Shown: positions 1 to 12,105 of the stretch, one piece after another
How the letters are laid out: each line of letters starts with the position of its first letter
How positions within the stretch are numbered: the first letter of the stretch is position 1
Translations under genes and position numbers: made by a program
The notes under the pieces: generated by a model
What the model was told of the DNA's origin: nothing
What the model saw: only the letters and a program-made list of their open reading frames with translations
Database searches by the model: none
DNA from: Camelus dromedarius
Lineage: Eukaryota
NCBI RefSeq assembly: GCF_036321535.1
Contig: NC_087436.1
Location: 41,666,001 to 41,730,000, forward strand
Length of the DNA: 64,000 nt
Direction: 5' to 3'

Positions 1-90
1 GCGTGTTCCACTCTTCTACCAAAGAAGGAATCAGAAGAAATTAATAGAGATTGTCATTCCTTTTAACAAAGAATGTCACCACTATGACTG
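1..90 (+). other. Candidate exon (5' end outside window) of an unidentified gene or pseudogene
   Basis: Ends at donor-like CTG|GTAAAG (91). Frame 2 is open (RVPLFYQRRNQKKLIEIVIPFNKECHHYDW). A 143-nt intron-like spacer leads to a strong acceptor at 232-233. Confidence 0.45.
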
Positions 91-233
91 GTAAAGCTCT
101 TTTATGTCCCTGCCAACCCCCAGAAAGTGCAGGAAGGAGTGAAACCTCTCAGTAAAATAAATCTATTTTTCTTGGTGTAAATGTCCAACAGAGAAAATTT
201 GTTTTTCACAATTTATTAGCTTTTTTCCTACAG

Positions 234-258
234 GAGAAACGGAAGTGGTTTTTAAAAG
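234..258 (+). other. Candidate 24-25 nt micro-exon
   Basis: Strong acceptor TTTTTTCCTACAG|G. The 3' end is AAA|GTTAAG (weak GT at 258) or AAG|TTAAGT (one base off AAG|GTAAGT). Reads (W)RNGSGF* or EKRKWFLK depending on frame. Confidence 0.4.
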
Positions 259-1987
259 TTAAGTTACAAAGAAATGTGGAGGGTCTTAGTACTCAGTGGT
301 AGAAATGTTGGAAAAAGTCAAAGGGAGAGACTCAATAATGTGGTCCATAGAACCAGGACATAGCAACCCCTAATCCCATCTTAATGTTTGTCATCATTTT
401 AATACCTGACCTCTAACTCAAAGTGAAGGAAGGTGACAGTAATTAGTTTTTAATGGAGATCACATGAAATTTTGATAGGAAAAAAGGAGAAACAAAAGTG
501 CTCAAAGAATAAGATAACTTCCTGTGGAAGAGGTTCAATTTTCCCAAAGGAGAGCAGTAAGACTGGTGGTCTAAGAACTGAAGGAAATGCTATGGTGGGG
601 CATGAAACTGAAGTCAGGAATGGAAGGAGGAGTCCCCAGCAGGGACTTCTTCCATGTGAAAGTCTAGGTGTTTAAAAAGGGATTAATTTCTATATAGATG
701 CAAGTGGAATTCTGAGATACCTGGTATTAAACTGTCACTTCTCTATGAAAATTAGTTTATTTTCTTTAGAGAAGACTCTTGCACAGTTAATCTTGAGGAA
801 GCTAAGGGAAAATGTCGACAGGCGAAAGGAGAGCAATATATTCAATCCTCCCAGCCCCAGGGGCACGAGAGGCAGCCCTGTGCTTCTATTATTGTCACAA
901 TTTGTGATTACTAAAAGCAGGAAGACTGAGAAAGATCCATTGAGAACAATCCCCGGTCTTCAGGGAGTGTTCCTTGAGGGGAAGCATTCATGGGTGATAG
1001 TAAGAGAATGTCTTTTGATTGTCCCAGATGTATACAGGGATTCCCCTGGGTAGGGCCTCAGGAAACTCCTGGGAGAAATAGTTTTGCAAGCTGTATGAAT
1101 GAGTGCGTGTGTGTCTTGCATTCTTTCCTGAACCTAGGCACACTTTTTCAAGGATCTGAACCTAATTGAGGAAATATGGAAAAAGAATTTAGGGCACTTT
1201 AATACAGAAAAGTGAGAGTTAACTTTATCAGGATAAAAAAGAAATGGGAAGCAGTCTGTTTCTACTGTTTAAAGAATTGCTAAGTGTGCAAACAAAACAA
1301 AACAAAACTAACTAAAAAGCTAAGAACTGAATTGTGAGCAGTAAGCAAACATAGAACTAGAGTACAACTTTATAGGATGTAAAACTAAGTCTGGGGCCAG
1401 AGGCATTGTATAGGAGCCAGTTCTCAGATGCCTACATTGCTAATGTAGTACATGTAGCATGCTAAAATGGTTCCCATCAGTGCCCATTCAGTCCTGGTCA
1501 AAAGCAAACCTAAATTGCTTTTGGAAGAAACATAGTCACTTAGCACTGCCACAAATTGGGTATAATCTAATATATTGTACTAGTATAAAAAAATTATCAA
1601 TCACTTAAGAATATGCCTTATAAATGAATTTCAGCACAAAGTGTAGTTTTAGATCTTTAAAGACTTTAGCTTTGGAATTACATAAGGAATGTAAAAAAGC
1701 TAAACCTGATCTCTTAAAAATAAAGGTGGAATTAAAATAAGCAAGCAAAAACAGAATCATCAATTGGAGGATAACAGTGAAGAAATAAATTAGAATAGAG
1801 AGCAGAAGGACAATGTGATAGAAATATGAAGTGAGCTTAGCAATATGGAAGGTAAGGAAGATGAAACCTAGGATTGGGGAGGAGCACATGGTGAACATCA
1901 AAGGTAGCTCTGATGCTCTAATTTTTACATTTGATTGGAGGATTCACTCTAATATTATTATATTATTCAATCTGGAACAGTACAGTA

Positions 1988-2012
1988 TTCTCTCCCTCTC
2001 TCTCTCTCTCTC
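1988..2012. repeat. (CT)n microsatellite, imperfect
   Basis: tctctccctctctctctctctctc. Confidence 0.85.
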
Positions 2013-2194
2013 CTTTAATTATTATAATAAAGCAAGAAGGCATAGATGTGCTTTCTAAGGAATCAAGATTTTTTTATATTTAAGTGCATTTTTAGAATAT
2101 ATGTATAAGACAAAGAAGAGAAAATGATCATAAAACCTTAAAAGTTAAACCAAAAATTTAATTCTGCAGAGGATGTTTTAAGTTTATTGATTTT

Positions 2195-2300
2195 CCATTG
2201 ATTTATTTCACAAGAATTTATTAAATACCTACAGAAGCCAGACAGTGTTCTAATTACTAGGTACAGAAAAGTAAGGAGACAAGTCTGTAGAAGATTACCT
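2195..2300 (-). mobile_element. L2 LINE 3' end fragment
   Basis: atttatttcacaagaatttattaaatacctacagaagccagacagtgttcta resembles the reverse-complemented L2 3' terminus. Confidence 0.55.
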
Positions 2301-2339
2301 TCTAGGTTAAAAAATAGAGATAATTTAAAAAGGATGAGT

Positions 2340-2472
2340 GGGGAGGGTATAACTCAGTGATAGAGCACATGCTTAGCATGCACAGGGTCCTGGGTTCAAT
2401 CCCCAGTACCTCCATTAAAATAAATAAACTTAATTACCTGTCCCTCCAAAATAAATGAATGAATGAATGAAT
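2340..2472 (+). mobile_element. tRNA-derived SINE, camelid Vic-1 type
   Basis: GGGGAGGGTATAACTCAGTGATAGAGC (A box) ... GGTTCAATCCCC (B box), A-rich/(GAAT)n tail. TSD aggatgagt (2331-2339) / aggatgaat (2473-2481) behind a TT/AAAA L1 endonuclease site. Confidence 0.9.
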
Positions 2473-2561
2473 AGGATGAATAAATGTATAATGTGCTATA
2501 AGAGAGTATGTAAATGTTATGGAGAATAAATAATTTTAAAATAAGCTGAATACTGGGAGGG

Positions 2562-2961
2562 TGCATTAGTCTGCTCAGGCTGCATAACAAAATACCGAAG
2601 ACTGGGTGCTTAAATAACAGAAATTTACTTCCCACAGTTCAGGAGGCTGGAAGTCTAAGATCAAGAAGTCAACAAGGTAGGTTTTATTCTGAGGCCTCTT
2701 CTCTTTGCTTATAAGCAATCACCATCTCTGTGAGCTCACATGGCTTCTTTTTTGAGCACATATTAGAGAGAGAGAGAGAAAGAGAATGCTCTCTAGTGTC
2801 TTTTCCTGTAAAGTCACTAATTTCATCATTAAGGCCCCATCTTCATACCTCATCTAACTCTAATTACCTCCTAAAGGTTCTATCTTTAAATATCATCACA
2901 ACAGGAGGTTAGGACTTTAACATATATATTTAGGGGAGACATAAACATTCAGTCCATGATG
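2562..2961 (-). mobile_element. MLT1A-type MaLR solo LTR
   Basis: tgcattagtctgctcaggctgcataacaaaatac...ataaacattcagtccatg is the reverse complement of an MLT1A LTR. Flanked by gaggg/gaggc 5-bp TSD. Confidence 0.85.
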
Positions 2962-3019
2962 GAGGCAGGGGGGCATCAATAATGTTACTCTGGAAAAATG
3001 AGTCATCTGTTTCTTTCAG

Positions 3020-3135
3020 GATTCAACCAGATGTCGAATAATACATTACCAGATAGTATTTCTCAACTTGATTCCACCATAGAAAATATATTTTCACTCT
3101 AACATTGTTAAGAATAAATATTTCTTCATTATATT
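3020..3135 (+). other. Candidate terminal exon with polyadenylation signal
   Basis: Acceptor TCTGTTTCTTTCAG|G (3018-3019). Phase-1 frame FNQMSNNTLPDSISQLDSTIENIFSL* (TAA 3100-3102). AATAAA at 3113-3118. End position estimated. Confidence 0.45.
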
Positions 3136-4059
3136 CTGAATCCTTGGTAGGCCTGATGACAGTATCTTCCATAAATGCCTCATCATAAAAACATATGTAT
3201 ATATTTATATATGTAATATATTGATATATATTAAATATATAATACACATTTACTTTTCTTTATGTTTTTATTTTAAAATGAGGAAGAAAACTGTATAGTT
3301 AAAATCTAATATGAATATATATGTTTTACCTCATCACACTTGAGATTCTTTTGAAGCTATCATAACATCTGAGATTTGTATATCTATTTACTAAAAATTA
3401 CTAAGGCATTCAGTTTCATAGAAGTCAGTGTGGTAGACTGAAATCAAACTGTAATAGAAGTTCCCTATTTAAACTATTGTTTAATACTTACCAACACGGA
3501 AATATGTTTTTTTCCAGAGTATGACATTGAAAAGAATTAAGAGAGAAGTGTTTGGCTAACATAATTTTATTTGTGTGGTTGTGTTAAATTTTGGATTTCC
3601 TTTCATTTCAAATTTTAGATTTCATGTTCAAGTACCTTGGAGTCCAGGCAAGGAAGGGCTAAATGGTCTCCTGCTTCAGAATGTAATTCAAGCCCCTAAA
3701 AAGTAGAAGATACCTTCCCATAACCTTAAATCAGGAAAAATAAGACAGACATCAAGACACACAAAAGGTAGATGAAAGTAACTTATCAGCATGTAGGCAG
3801 CTACAGTGGATTCACTCTCCCTTGCCTAGCTATCACCAGCAGGATTAGTTCTATTATCTCTGCCTGACAAGAACATTTCTCTTCAGTTTAGAGAATCCTG
3901 TGTTTGCAATAGAAAAAGAACAAGAGGAAGGGGCATTTTTTAGAAAACTGTGTCCTAATTTTTAAAATTTACGTGCAGTTTAAGCATGATTAATCCCTAA
4001 GAGAGCACTTCTTTTCGTGGCAGTGTAAACAAATCAATTAGGTAAGTACATTATCATAA

Positions 4060-4270
4060 TAATAGACCTGGCTACCACTTATTGGGCACTTGGTAAGTAC
4101 CAGACGGTGTCATGTATTTTAAATGCATTTGCATTTAATTTTCACAAAAATTCATTGTGTAAATAGTATTATTCTCATTTTGAAGGTTATGAACCAAACC
4201 ATACAGAATTTAGAGGTGTTAATTATAATGCCCAAGATCAAACAGCTGATAGTGCAATTGAAATTGAAAT
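4060..4270 (-). mobile_element. MIR SINE, degenerate
   Basis: acttattgggcacttgg...tattattctcattttg...gcccaagatcaaacagctgatagtg, MIR core in reverse. Confidence 0.6.
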
Positions 4271-4280
4271 ATGCTTTTAA

Positions 4281-5218
4281 TAAATGTACTTTATTTGGGG
4301 GATATTTGAAGTTTATAGAAAATTGAGCAGAAAGTTCCCTTTCAGTTACCCCTATTAACTTTTTGCATTAGAATGATATATTTGTTATCATTGATGAGCT
4401 AAAATTAATACATTATTAACTAAAATACATAGTCTATATTAGAATTCACCATGTTACATATTCTGTTGTTTTTGACAAATGTTTTATGACATATATCCAC
4501 CATTACAGTATCTATCATGTAGACTAGTTTCACTACTCTAAAATCCTGTGTGTTCCACCTGTGCAACTCTCCTTGCCTCCCCAAGAACTCTTGGCAACCA
4601 CTTATTTTTTTTACTGTCTCCATAGTTTTGCCTTTTCCAGAATGTCATATAGTTGGAAACATATAGTAAATATATATATGTATATGCTTATGTATATTCT
4701 CCTTTCAGGTCGACTTCTTTCAGTTAACAATATTCACTTAAGTTTCCTCCATGTATTTCACTGGTTAATAGTTCATTTCCTTTTAGCATTGAGTTATAGT
4801 CCATTGTCTGGATCTACCACAGTTTATTTATTTATCTACTTAAAGACATCGTAGTTGCTTCCAAATTTTGCCAGTCATGAATAAAGCTGCTATAAACATC
4901 TGTGTGCAGGTTTTTGTGTGGACATTAGTTTTTAGTTCAGTTGGGTAAAAACCAAGAAGCACAATTGTTGGAGCTTATAGCAAAAGTTTGTTTAGTTTTG
5001 TAAGAAGCTTCCAAACTGACTTCCAAAGTGGCTGTTCCATTTTTCATCCTCAGTAGTAAAGAATGAGTCCCTATTGCTCTACATTTTCACCAGCATTTGG
5101 TGTTATCAGTGTTTTGGATACTGGCCATTCTAATAGATATGTATCTTCTTGTTTTAATTTACAACTTCTTAAAGACATATGATGTTGATAATTTTTCAGA
5201 TGCTTATTTGCCATTTAT
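4281..5218 (-). mobile_element. L1MC-type LINE-1 3' end
   Basis: Typical reverse L1 3' UTR/ORF2-end text (ttttgccttttccagaatgtcatatagttggaa; ataaagctgctataaacatctgtgtgcaggtttttgtgtggacat; ttccaaagtggctg). Confidence 0.85.
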
Positions 5219-7099
5219 ATATAATACATAATACATAGTCATCTCCCAATTCAAAGTCACCTAGCTTTTTCCAAATATACCTTTATTAATGAATTATAAA
5301 TTAAAAATATAACTGAGGTATTTCTATCAGCCTTAAATTTTTTTAGTTTAGTTTTTCTGTGCCATTTCTCTTTGGAGTTTGTATTGTGTATGTTTAGACT
5401 GAATTGAGAAATCTGGAATGTGCATTAGGATGAATATCTTCCCAAACTCTCCTGATTTGGAATAGCCCAAGTTATCTGTAAGTATATTTCTGAAAAAAAT
5501 ACTTGAAGAGTTGATTCCCAGCATATACAATGAAGTTTTTGGATGTTCACAAATTTCTGTGACAGTTTACAACTCTACAATAAAATGAAAAACAATTAAA
5601 AATTCAGTCCCTACTATATTGTATATATGGCATAGATAGTCCATCACCTTCCCCAAAAGACAAATGACTAAATTCCAGTGAAAACTGTGTTCAAAGAAAT
5701 GGAATAAGAGGTGATTACCCAAGAGGTGATTACTCATAAGGAGATACTCTTTTTTCCTTGTAATGAATATGAATTATTCAATTACCAAACTGTTCTGAAC
5801 AAAACAAAGAATAGCTGTGAGATAATTACATACTTGTATTTTGTAAGACAGTGTGAAATGTCCTCTAGGTTCTCAAGTCATTTTCTTTGTAAGAAGAAAC
5901 AGACTTATCTAGTGTTCAAGTCCAAAGCACTCTCCAAATATTACATGCTGTACCATTTAGAATTTATGTAACATTTAGGGATCTTACTGAGCTGGAAAAT
6001 AGAGAGATGCTCTTTTTTTCCAATTTGTTCTTCACTCATTTTCCAGTCTAGTAGCAAAATAATGCTCAGAAACTGAAAGTCAGTAAAATTGCTGTAGGCT
6101 CTTCATGGTTTCCTTTGGGAAGAACTAGTAGAAATACTTGATAAAATTTATAAAGTTCTGAGGCGACAGCATCTTGGTGTCAGAAGTAAAATATTTTTTA
6201 AACTGCTTTTACAAAGTAACTGTAAATATGCTCTTTTCAGATTGAAAACATGTCAGATATGTTGCATAAATCGATTGAAAAAGCACAATATTATGCAAAT
6301 TTTTCCAAATTAAGTTCATGGTTCAGTGATCTAAGCACCACCAAAAAATTAAAAAGACGTTCTAAGGGATTTTGAATCTAATTATATATCAGCGAATAAC
6401 TGCTGGATAAGGCCTTGGACAAGTCAAATAATCTTTCTAGGATCTACATATCTTTACAGCTCAATTTCTTCTCAGCTATAGCCATGCTCTGACTTAATGA
6501 AACAGAATTTAATGAACATCTTAGCAAGCAGTTCTAGAGAGTGGGAGAGTATGCTTCTGAAACAAAGCATCTCTTGTTTGGATAGAGGAACTCTTCCCCC
6601 CTCCCCACCTCCCCTCTAGTACAGCCATCTACTATAGACAACTCTCCTATCTAGACCCAGAACATACTTCACTCTGGTATCAGGACAATGAATTAAAAAA
6701 AACGCTCTGCATTACTTGGTACTGAGATACTTAGGCATTGAATGTTATTTTTCTGAAAGAAACTATTTTATTGTTTAAGTCTAAATTAAATAGTATCTCC
6801 CTGGTCAAGTTAAAATAGCTAGGAAAATCACTTAATTTACACCCACAAGGCAACTTTCATCGAAAAAAGATCAGCATTTTAAAGTCATATTTTAACATGG
6901 TCTCTAGTCTGCATTTTTCTACACTGTATTTTTGTTTAAGTTCAAGTAGGTTGAAGGGTACTAATCTTTTTTTGTTGTTTTAATTTGTTGAGAGATTTTC
7001 TTTTAGTGCATATTTCTTGTGACATAATTAAACATAAAAGTTTGTGAATAACAGTGATTCCAGTTTCAGAACTGTTTTGTCATCATTCCAAACACAAAG

Positions 7100-7161
7100 T
7101 TAATATCCCTGTATAATCACTCCCCTCAAAAAAGAAAAACAGCAAAAAGAACCCTGTTGCT
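7100..7161 (-). other. Candidate terminal exon (coding part), unidentified
   Basis: Minus-strand acceptor GTATTTCATTTTGTTTTCAG|AG. In phase with exon 9233-9277 it reads EQQGSFCCFSFLRGVIIQGY*. Minus-strand AATAAA at 6767-6772. Confidence 0.25.
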
Positions 7162-8459
7162 CTGAAAACAAAATGAAATACCATACAGTTCACCTTAAAT
7201 TATCATCACCCAGTTTAAATTACTGTTTTCCACCACCTGCTGTGCAACTGAGGCGATAGGTCATATATTGATCTTGGGTGTATGTACAGTTCTACTGATA
7301 GTACTTAATTGTCATTCTGTGAATTAGCTAAGACTTATTAACAACCCCTTTTTCTGCCTATACAGAGCAATTATATATGATACTATTAGCAGTATCAATT
7401 AAGACAGATAAAGTAATAGCCTAATTGAATGCATGAGGAGTATAATGGCTTTGCTTTCCTTGGTAATGGATTGCACTCTATCCTCAAGTACAATAAGCCA
7501 GACATCGGATCAATAGAGTTTTATGCCTAGAAAAATTACTAGCCTGAAGGATACCAATACCTAATTTAGGACTCATTATTTAGGTTTTTAACTTAATTAA
7601 TGGAAATATGCATAAAAATAAACAGTTATTTCTGAAACCAAAGTTCAAGTTATTGCATCTCCAAACACTAAGACTTTAGTCTTTTTAAAAAAATGTCTAT
7701 ATATGAATGGTCCATCTTATAGCTATAATATTCAATTCAAAACCCTTGTTTTGTTTTGGGTCTTGCTGTTTATGACATTTTTATGTTATACAAAATGAAC
7801 TTGTGCATGGGTGTGTCAGTGCACCAACATTCCAACAGTTGCATAACTCAATTACCCATGATAGAATCTGAGGAAAAATGTGAAGTTATTGTAACTTGCT
7901 AGAGCACTCCCCTGATGAAAGTTAAACTTATTTTGGTAGAGAAAGGAATCTTTATTTTGCAGAGCTTGTGAGAATATAATGTCTCATATCAATCACTGCC
8001 TTGCATTCAAGTATAAAGCAGCCTTGGGAAAGCTTCAGGCTTCTAGATATTTTCCAATATCCTTGATAGAAGCAATTCTGGAAAAGCAGAGGGATGACAC
8101 AAGAAATTCAAGTGAAATTTATGTAAGCAACTCACTTAGGTGAAGTTAGAATATTTTTAAGCAACTGTAGAGTGAATGAGCTTTGCCACAATCCAAGCTT
8201 TAACCAAAACTTTGTAAAACTGACAAGCCTTACTTCTTATATTTCCCTCATCATCTAAATGAACAACAAAAGATACCAAACTGATAGCTATTGCATAAAA
8301 AAGAAAAATAAGAGGCTCTTTGTGAGAAGATGTTTTATTATAGCAGTGACAGTTCACAGGTATACAGAATAATGACATAGGAGATTTGTGGTCTCCAAGC
8401 ACAGTACAAGTGGTCTCACTTAGTATACTATAATTTAAATGTGGATATTCATATTGTAG

Positions 8460-8960
8460 TGTGTAATGTGGGGCAATGGGCATAGTCAAACATAATTAGT
8501 TGGGAGTGAAAGTTGGTACAAACTTTCTGAAGAGAAGTTTGGTACCATCTGCTAATATGTAAAGGGCACACAATTATTGACACAGCAATTCTATTGCAAT
8601 TATTTTATGTGAATATATACATAAAAGTTTTCCGAGATGTATTATAATATAGATTAAACTGAAATAGTAAAATTAGGATGCAGTTGAAATGCTAATAAAT
8701 TAACTTAGTGATTGTTAAATAAACTATTGTACATGTACATGAGTCATATATCTGCATGGACTGATATAGAATATTTTCAAAATATTGTTATAATTAAAAA
8801 CTACAGCAGAGGCAAGATGTAGTGTATGATCCCACTGTAGAAATACAAATTATGAGGAAAAGATAAAATATAGAGGGTGGAAAAATGTTGTTACATTTTT
8901 CTGGAGGTAGATGCAAAGAATCATTTAAAGCAAGTTAACTGTATTGCTAAGGATTACATT
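8460..8960 (+). mobile_element. L1ME-type LINE-1 3' fragment
   Basis: ttgggagtgaaagttggtacaaactttctgaagagaagtttgg...ttgacacagcaattctattgc resembles an old L1 ORF2 end/3' UTR. Confidence 0.6.
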
Positions 8961-9232
8961 GTTCTCTTTCGGTTGGGTTTTTAAATCACATCTACATGGA
9001 ACTTTTTCACAATACAATGGCATTCTCATGGGATTGTGGGCTAGTATTTGTAATATACACATCTTTTAAAAAAGAAAATAATACATATGTATAATTATTC
9101 ATAAAGTTGCTATGTTAAGATAAATGTTTATTCTCACATAAAGTTATAAAATATATTTGTATCTATTTAGTATGCTTTTGGTGACAAAACCATCTTTAAT
9201 TACATAAGCATCTCTGTGAACATGATTCTTAC

Positions 9233-9277
9233 CTGGTTTAGAAAATTTTAATCCTGAGATATTTGAGCATTGTGAGT
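9233..9277 (-). other. Candidate 45-nt internal exon, unidentified
   Basis: Acceptor TTTATTTTCTGTTTTTCAAAG| and donor CAG|GTAAGA. Length is a multiple of 3. Only the phase 1-1 frame is open (xSQCSNISGLKFSKPx). Flanks look non-repetitive. Confidence 0.4.
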
Positions 9278-9539
9278 CTTTGAAAAACAGAAAATAAATC
9301 GTTGATTAGCAAAAATACAATAATAAATATGATTATTATTTTTAAGATGTTAATAAAAAATCAATGCATAACATTATTATATTAATCAAATGATTTTTTG
9401 GACTCCTATAACTTATAAAATATATGTCATAGAATGGATTTAAAGATATATACATCAAATGCATTTTGAAATTACTTTAAAATTATAAGTAGTAACTTTG
9501 AATGTTAAATCCATTAATTCCTTAAATAAAATGATGATA

Positions 9540-9680
9540 CTACTACTAAAAAATTAGTTAAGTATTTATTGAGATGCCAGGCAGACACAGCTAAGCACTT
9601 TAAACACAATACTATGTGGAACTACGATCTGAAGCATTCTCAAAGCAACCTGATAGAAAGAAAAGCTAGAACTTTAAAAA
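9540..9680 (-). mobile_element. MIR fragment
   Basis: tatttattgagatgccaggcagacacagctaagcactttaaacac. Confidence 0.45.
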
Positions 9681-10599
9681 TAAGAGAAGCTAAAATTAAA
9701 ATATGGATTAAAACCTTATGGAATTAGTGTTCTTTTTATTAGTGGTATGTTCTGCATCTGTTAGCAGTATATCATGTTCATTGAGTTTCTTTTGGCCCAT
9801 GAAGCAAGCAGCAGAGAGGACAGTCTTTGATAAATAGCTGTCTAGCATTTCTGAATCATCAAGCCTACCAGGCAGAGTACATTACAGACTGTGTTTCACA
9901 TAATCAAATCTTCAATTAGAACCTGAAAGGCATCTTTCCTACCCTAATGGGAAGATGTAATGCTTTCATAGTATAATACATTTTTATTTTCCTTGCTTTT
10001 CATTTTTTTATCATAGCCTAAGAAATCAGACTTTGCTTGGTCATTGGTCATTGGTCATTGAGATTTGGCCTTCCTTATATTTCCAAATATAATAGTGCCA
10101 TTTTCAGAACTAGAATATATGTTTGGAAAATTCTACTGTGTTGACCTATTTGCTTTCATTTGTCAGATTGATAAGATAAAGCTCAAGTATTTTAATTTAA
10201 TAGAAATTTTACTTAAAAATATTACTAGAAATTTAATCTTGATAGAAAAAAGTCTCCTTGTAAGAAAATATTTTATTGTAGCACTCCCAGTGCACAGGAC
10301 AATACATAGAATAATTATATAGGAGCAAATTGGTTCCTCCATTATAGCATTTAAGCACATAGGACATAAATGAAAATACTCTTTACATGAAAAGTTCTTA
10401 TTTATTGTAGGAAATTTTGAATATATGGCAAGGAAATCCATAAAAAAATAAATAGGTAGATAGATAAATAAATAAAATTTTAAGTTACTCATCAATCCAT
10501 TCTGGAAGTCTTATGAATTTTTAGCATTAATCTTAATAGAAAGAAAAAAGGCTTTTTCTGAATAAAAACAATGAGAAAATAGCAAAAAATATCAAAATC

Positions 10600-12105
10600 A
10601 ACCTTTTCAGGATTCCAATATTAACTAAAGATTTGTAACAATCTGAGGAGTGTTTATTCAAGAAAAATAGCTGAATCTCAGTAAGAACAGTGAGCTTTAT
10701 GGCATTTTAACCTGCCCTAATTCTTTCCTCAGCTCTGGGATAGCCTTAAAAAACAAGATCTCCCAATTACAATAACTTTGAAAACCAATTGTCAAGCAGT
10801 CCGTGAAATGGGCAGAATCAATTTGGAGCTCCACAAAAGCCCCATCCTCAGATTTTTTTTCACTGTTTTAAGCTGTCTAGCAGCTTGCTGAAAAGCTTTG
10901 TTCTTAGGATTTGTCTTTACTTGATCTGGTTTAGCATTTACTTTGTGCAAATAGTCTTATTCCACATACATTTGTTGAAAACAGTAAGTGGCAGTTGTTT
11001 TAACATCACATCTTCCTGGGGCAAATTACCAGCTGAGGCTGTCAAGAGACTGACGAAAATACTCAGAAAAAAAAAAAGAGAATCAGATATTACTAGGCAC
11101 TCTAAAAAGCAAGGCAAATTCTAGGGAATATCTAAAAGGTCATATACATATGGGAGAAATTGCAGTTGCTCAGGAAAGACTTGTAAAGGTCTAAAGTCAA
11201 TTTCTCTAGCCAACTCTATCTCAAGTCAAACAGAAAATGAAGCATAAGGCAGAAATAAAAACTGCCTGTTGAAATGTTGAAGACATACCCAAATACAAAG
11301 AGCCCTTTATCAAAAGAGGAAGTCACAGCACTTAAGGAAATCTCTGTCTAATAATTATGTGACCGTTAAGCTAATCAGGCAAAGACTTCAGTGGCTACAT
11401 ATGACAAATGATAAGCATTTAGAGAATTAGTTCAGAGTTCAGAAAATTCTCTAAGCGAACATCAAGAATAACAATGATAATCCCTTGGTGAAGTTATATG
11501 AATGGGAGGTATCTGATTTTCAGAATTGCCACACTACATTTTTAATACATGTATCTGTTTCAAAAAGTATATAAAGAACACTCACAAATTAAAAATAACA
11601 AAAAATAAGAAAAGGACATAAATAGACATTCTCCAAATAAGATATACAAATTTGTATATGGCCCAGTAAGTTCATGGAAAGAGAATCAATATCATCAGCC
11701 ACCAGGAATGTTCAAATTAAAATGACAAGGTACTCTTTACAAGCACTGGAGTTAATATAATAAAAAAGACAGATAATAAAATATGTTGGTGATTTCAAGG
11801 AGAAATTTGAACCCTTGACCATTGTTAAGGGGAATATAAAATGTCTCTTTTGAAAATAGTTTGACAGTTCTTAAAAAAATAATTATCATATTATCCAGAT
11901 ACTCCATTTCTAGATAAGAGAATTGAAAGCAAATGGCCACACACACACACACAACTTGCACATAAATGTTCATAGCAGTTTTATTCATAATAGCCAAAAA
12001 TGTAAGCAACTCATACGTTCATCAGTTTATGAAGGGATAAATAAAATGTTAAATATCCAACAATTGATTTTTTGAATATAAAAAAAAGGAATGATAATTG
12101 TATTA
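10600..12105 (+). mobile_element. Old L1M element: 5' region joined to ORF2 3' end
   Basis: 10600-11550 resembles an L1M 5' region (gaatctcagtaagaacagtgagctttatggcattttaacctgccc). 11560-12105 is ORF2-end text (aaatgttcatagcagttttattcataatagccaaaaa). Confidence 0.65.

Noticed and set aside
2340..2412. tRNA-like sequence (also 61405-61481)
   Set aside because: It is a SINE head with an A-rich tail and TSD, not a tRNA gene
6241..6375. Acceptor CTCTTTTCAG followed by a 44-codon open frame (IENMSDMLHKSIEKAQYY...)
   Set aside because: No donor or partner exon and no recognisable homology. This length is reachable by chance.
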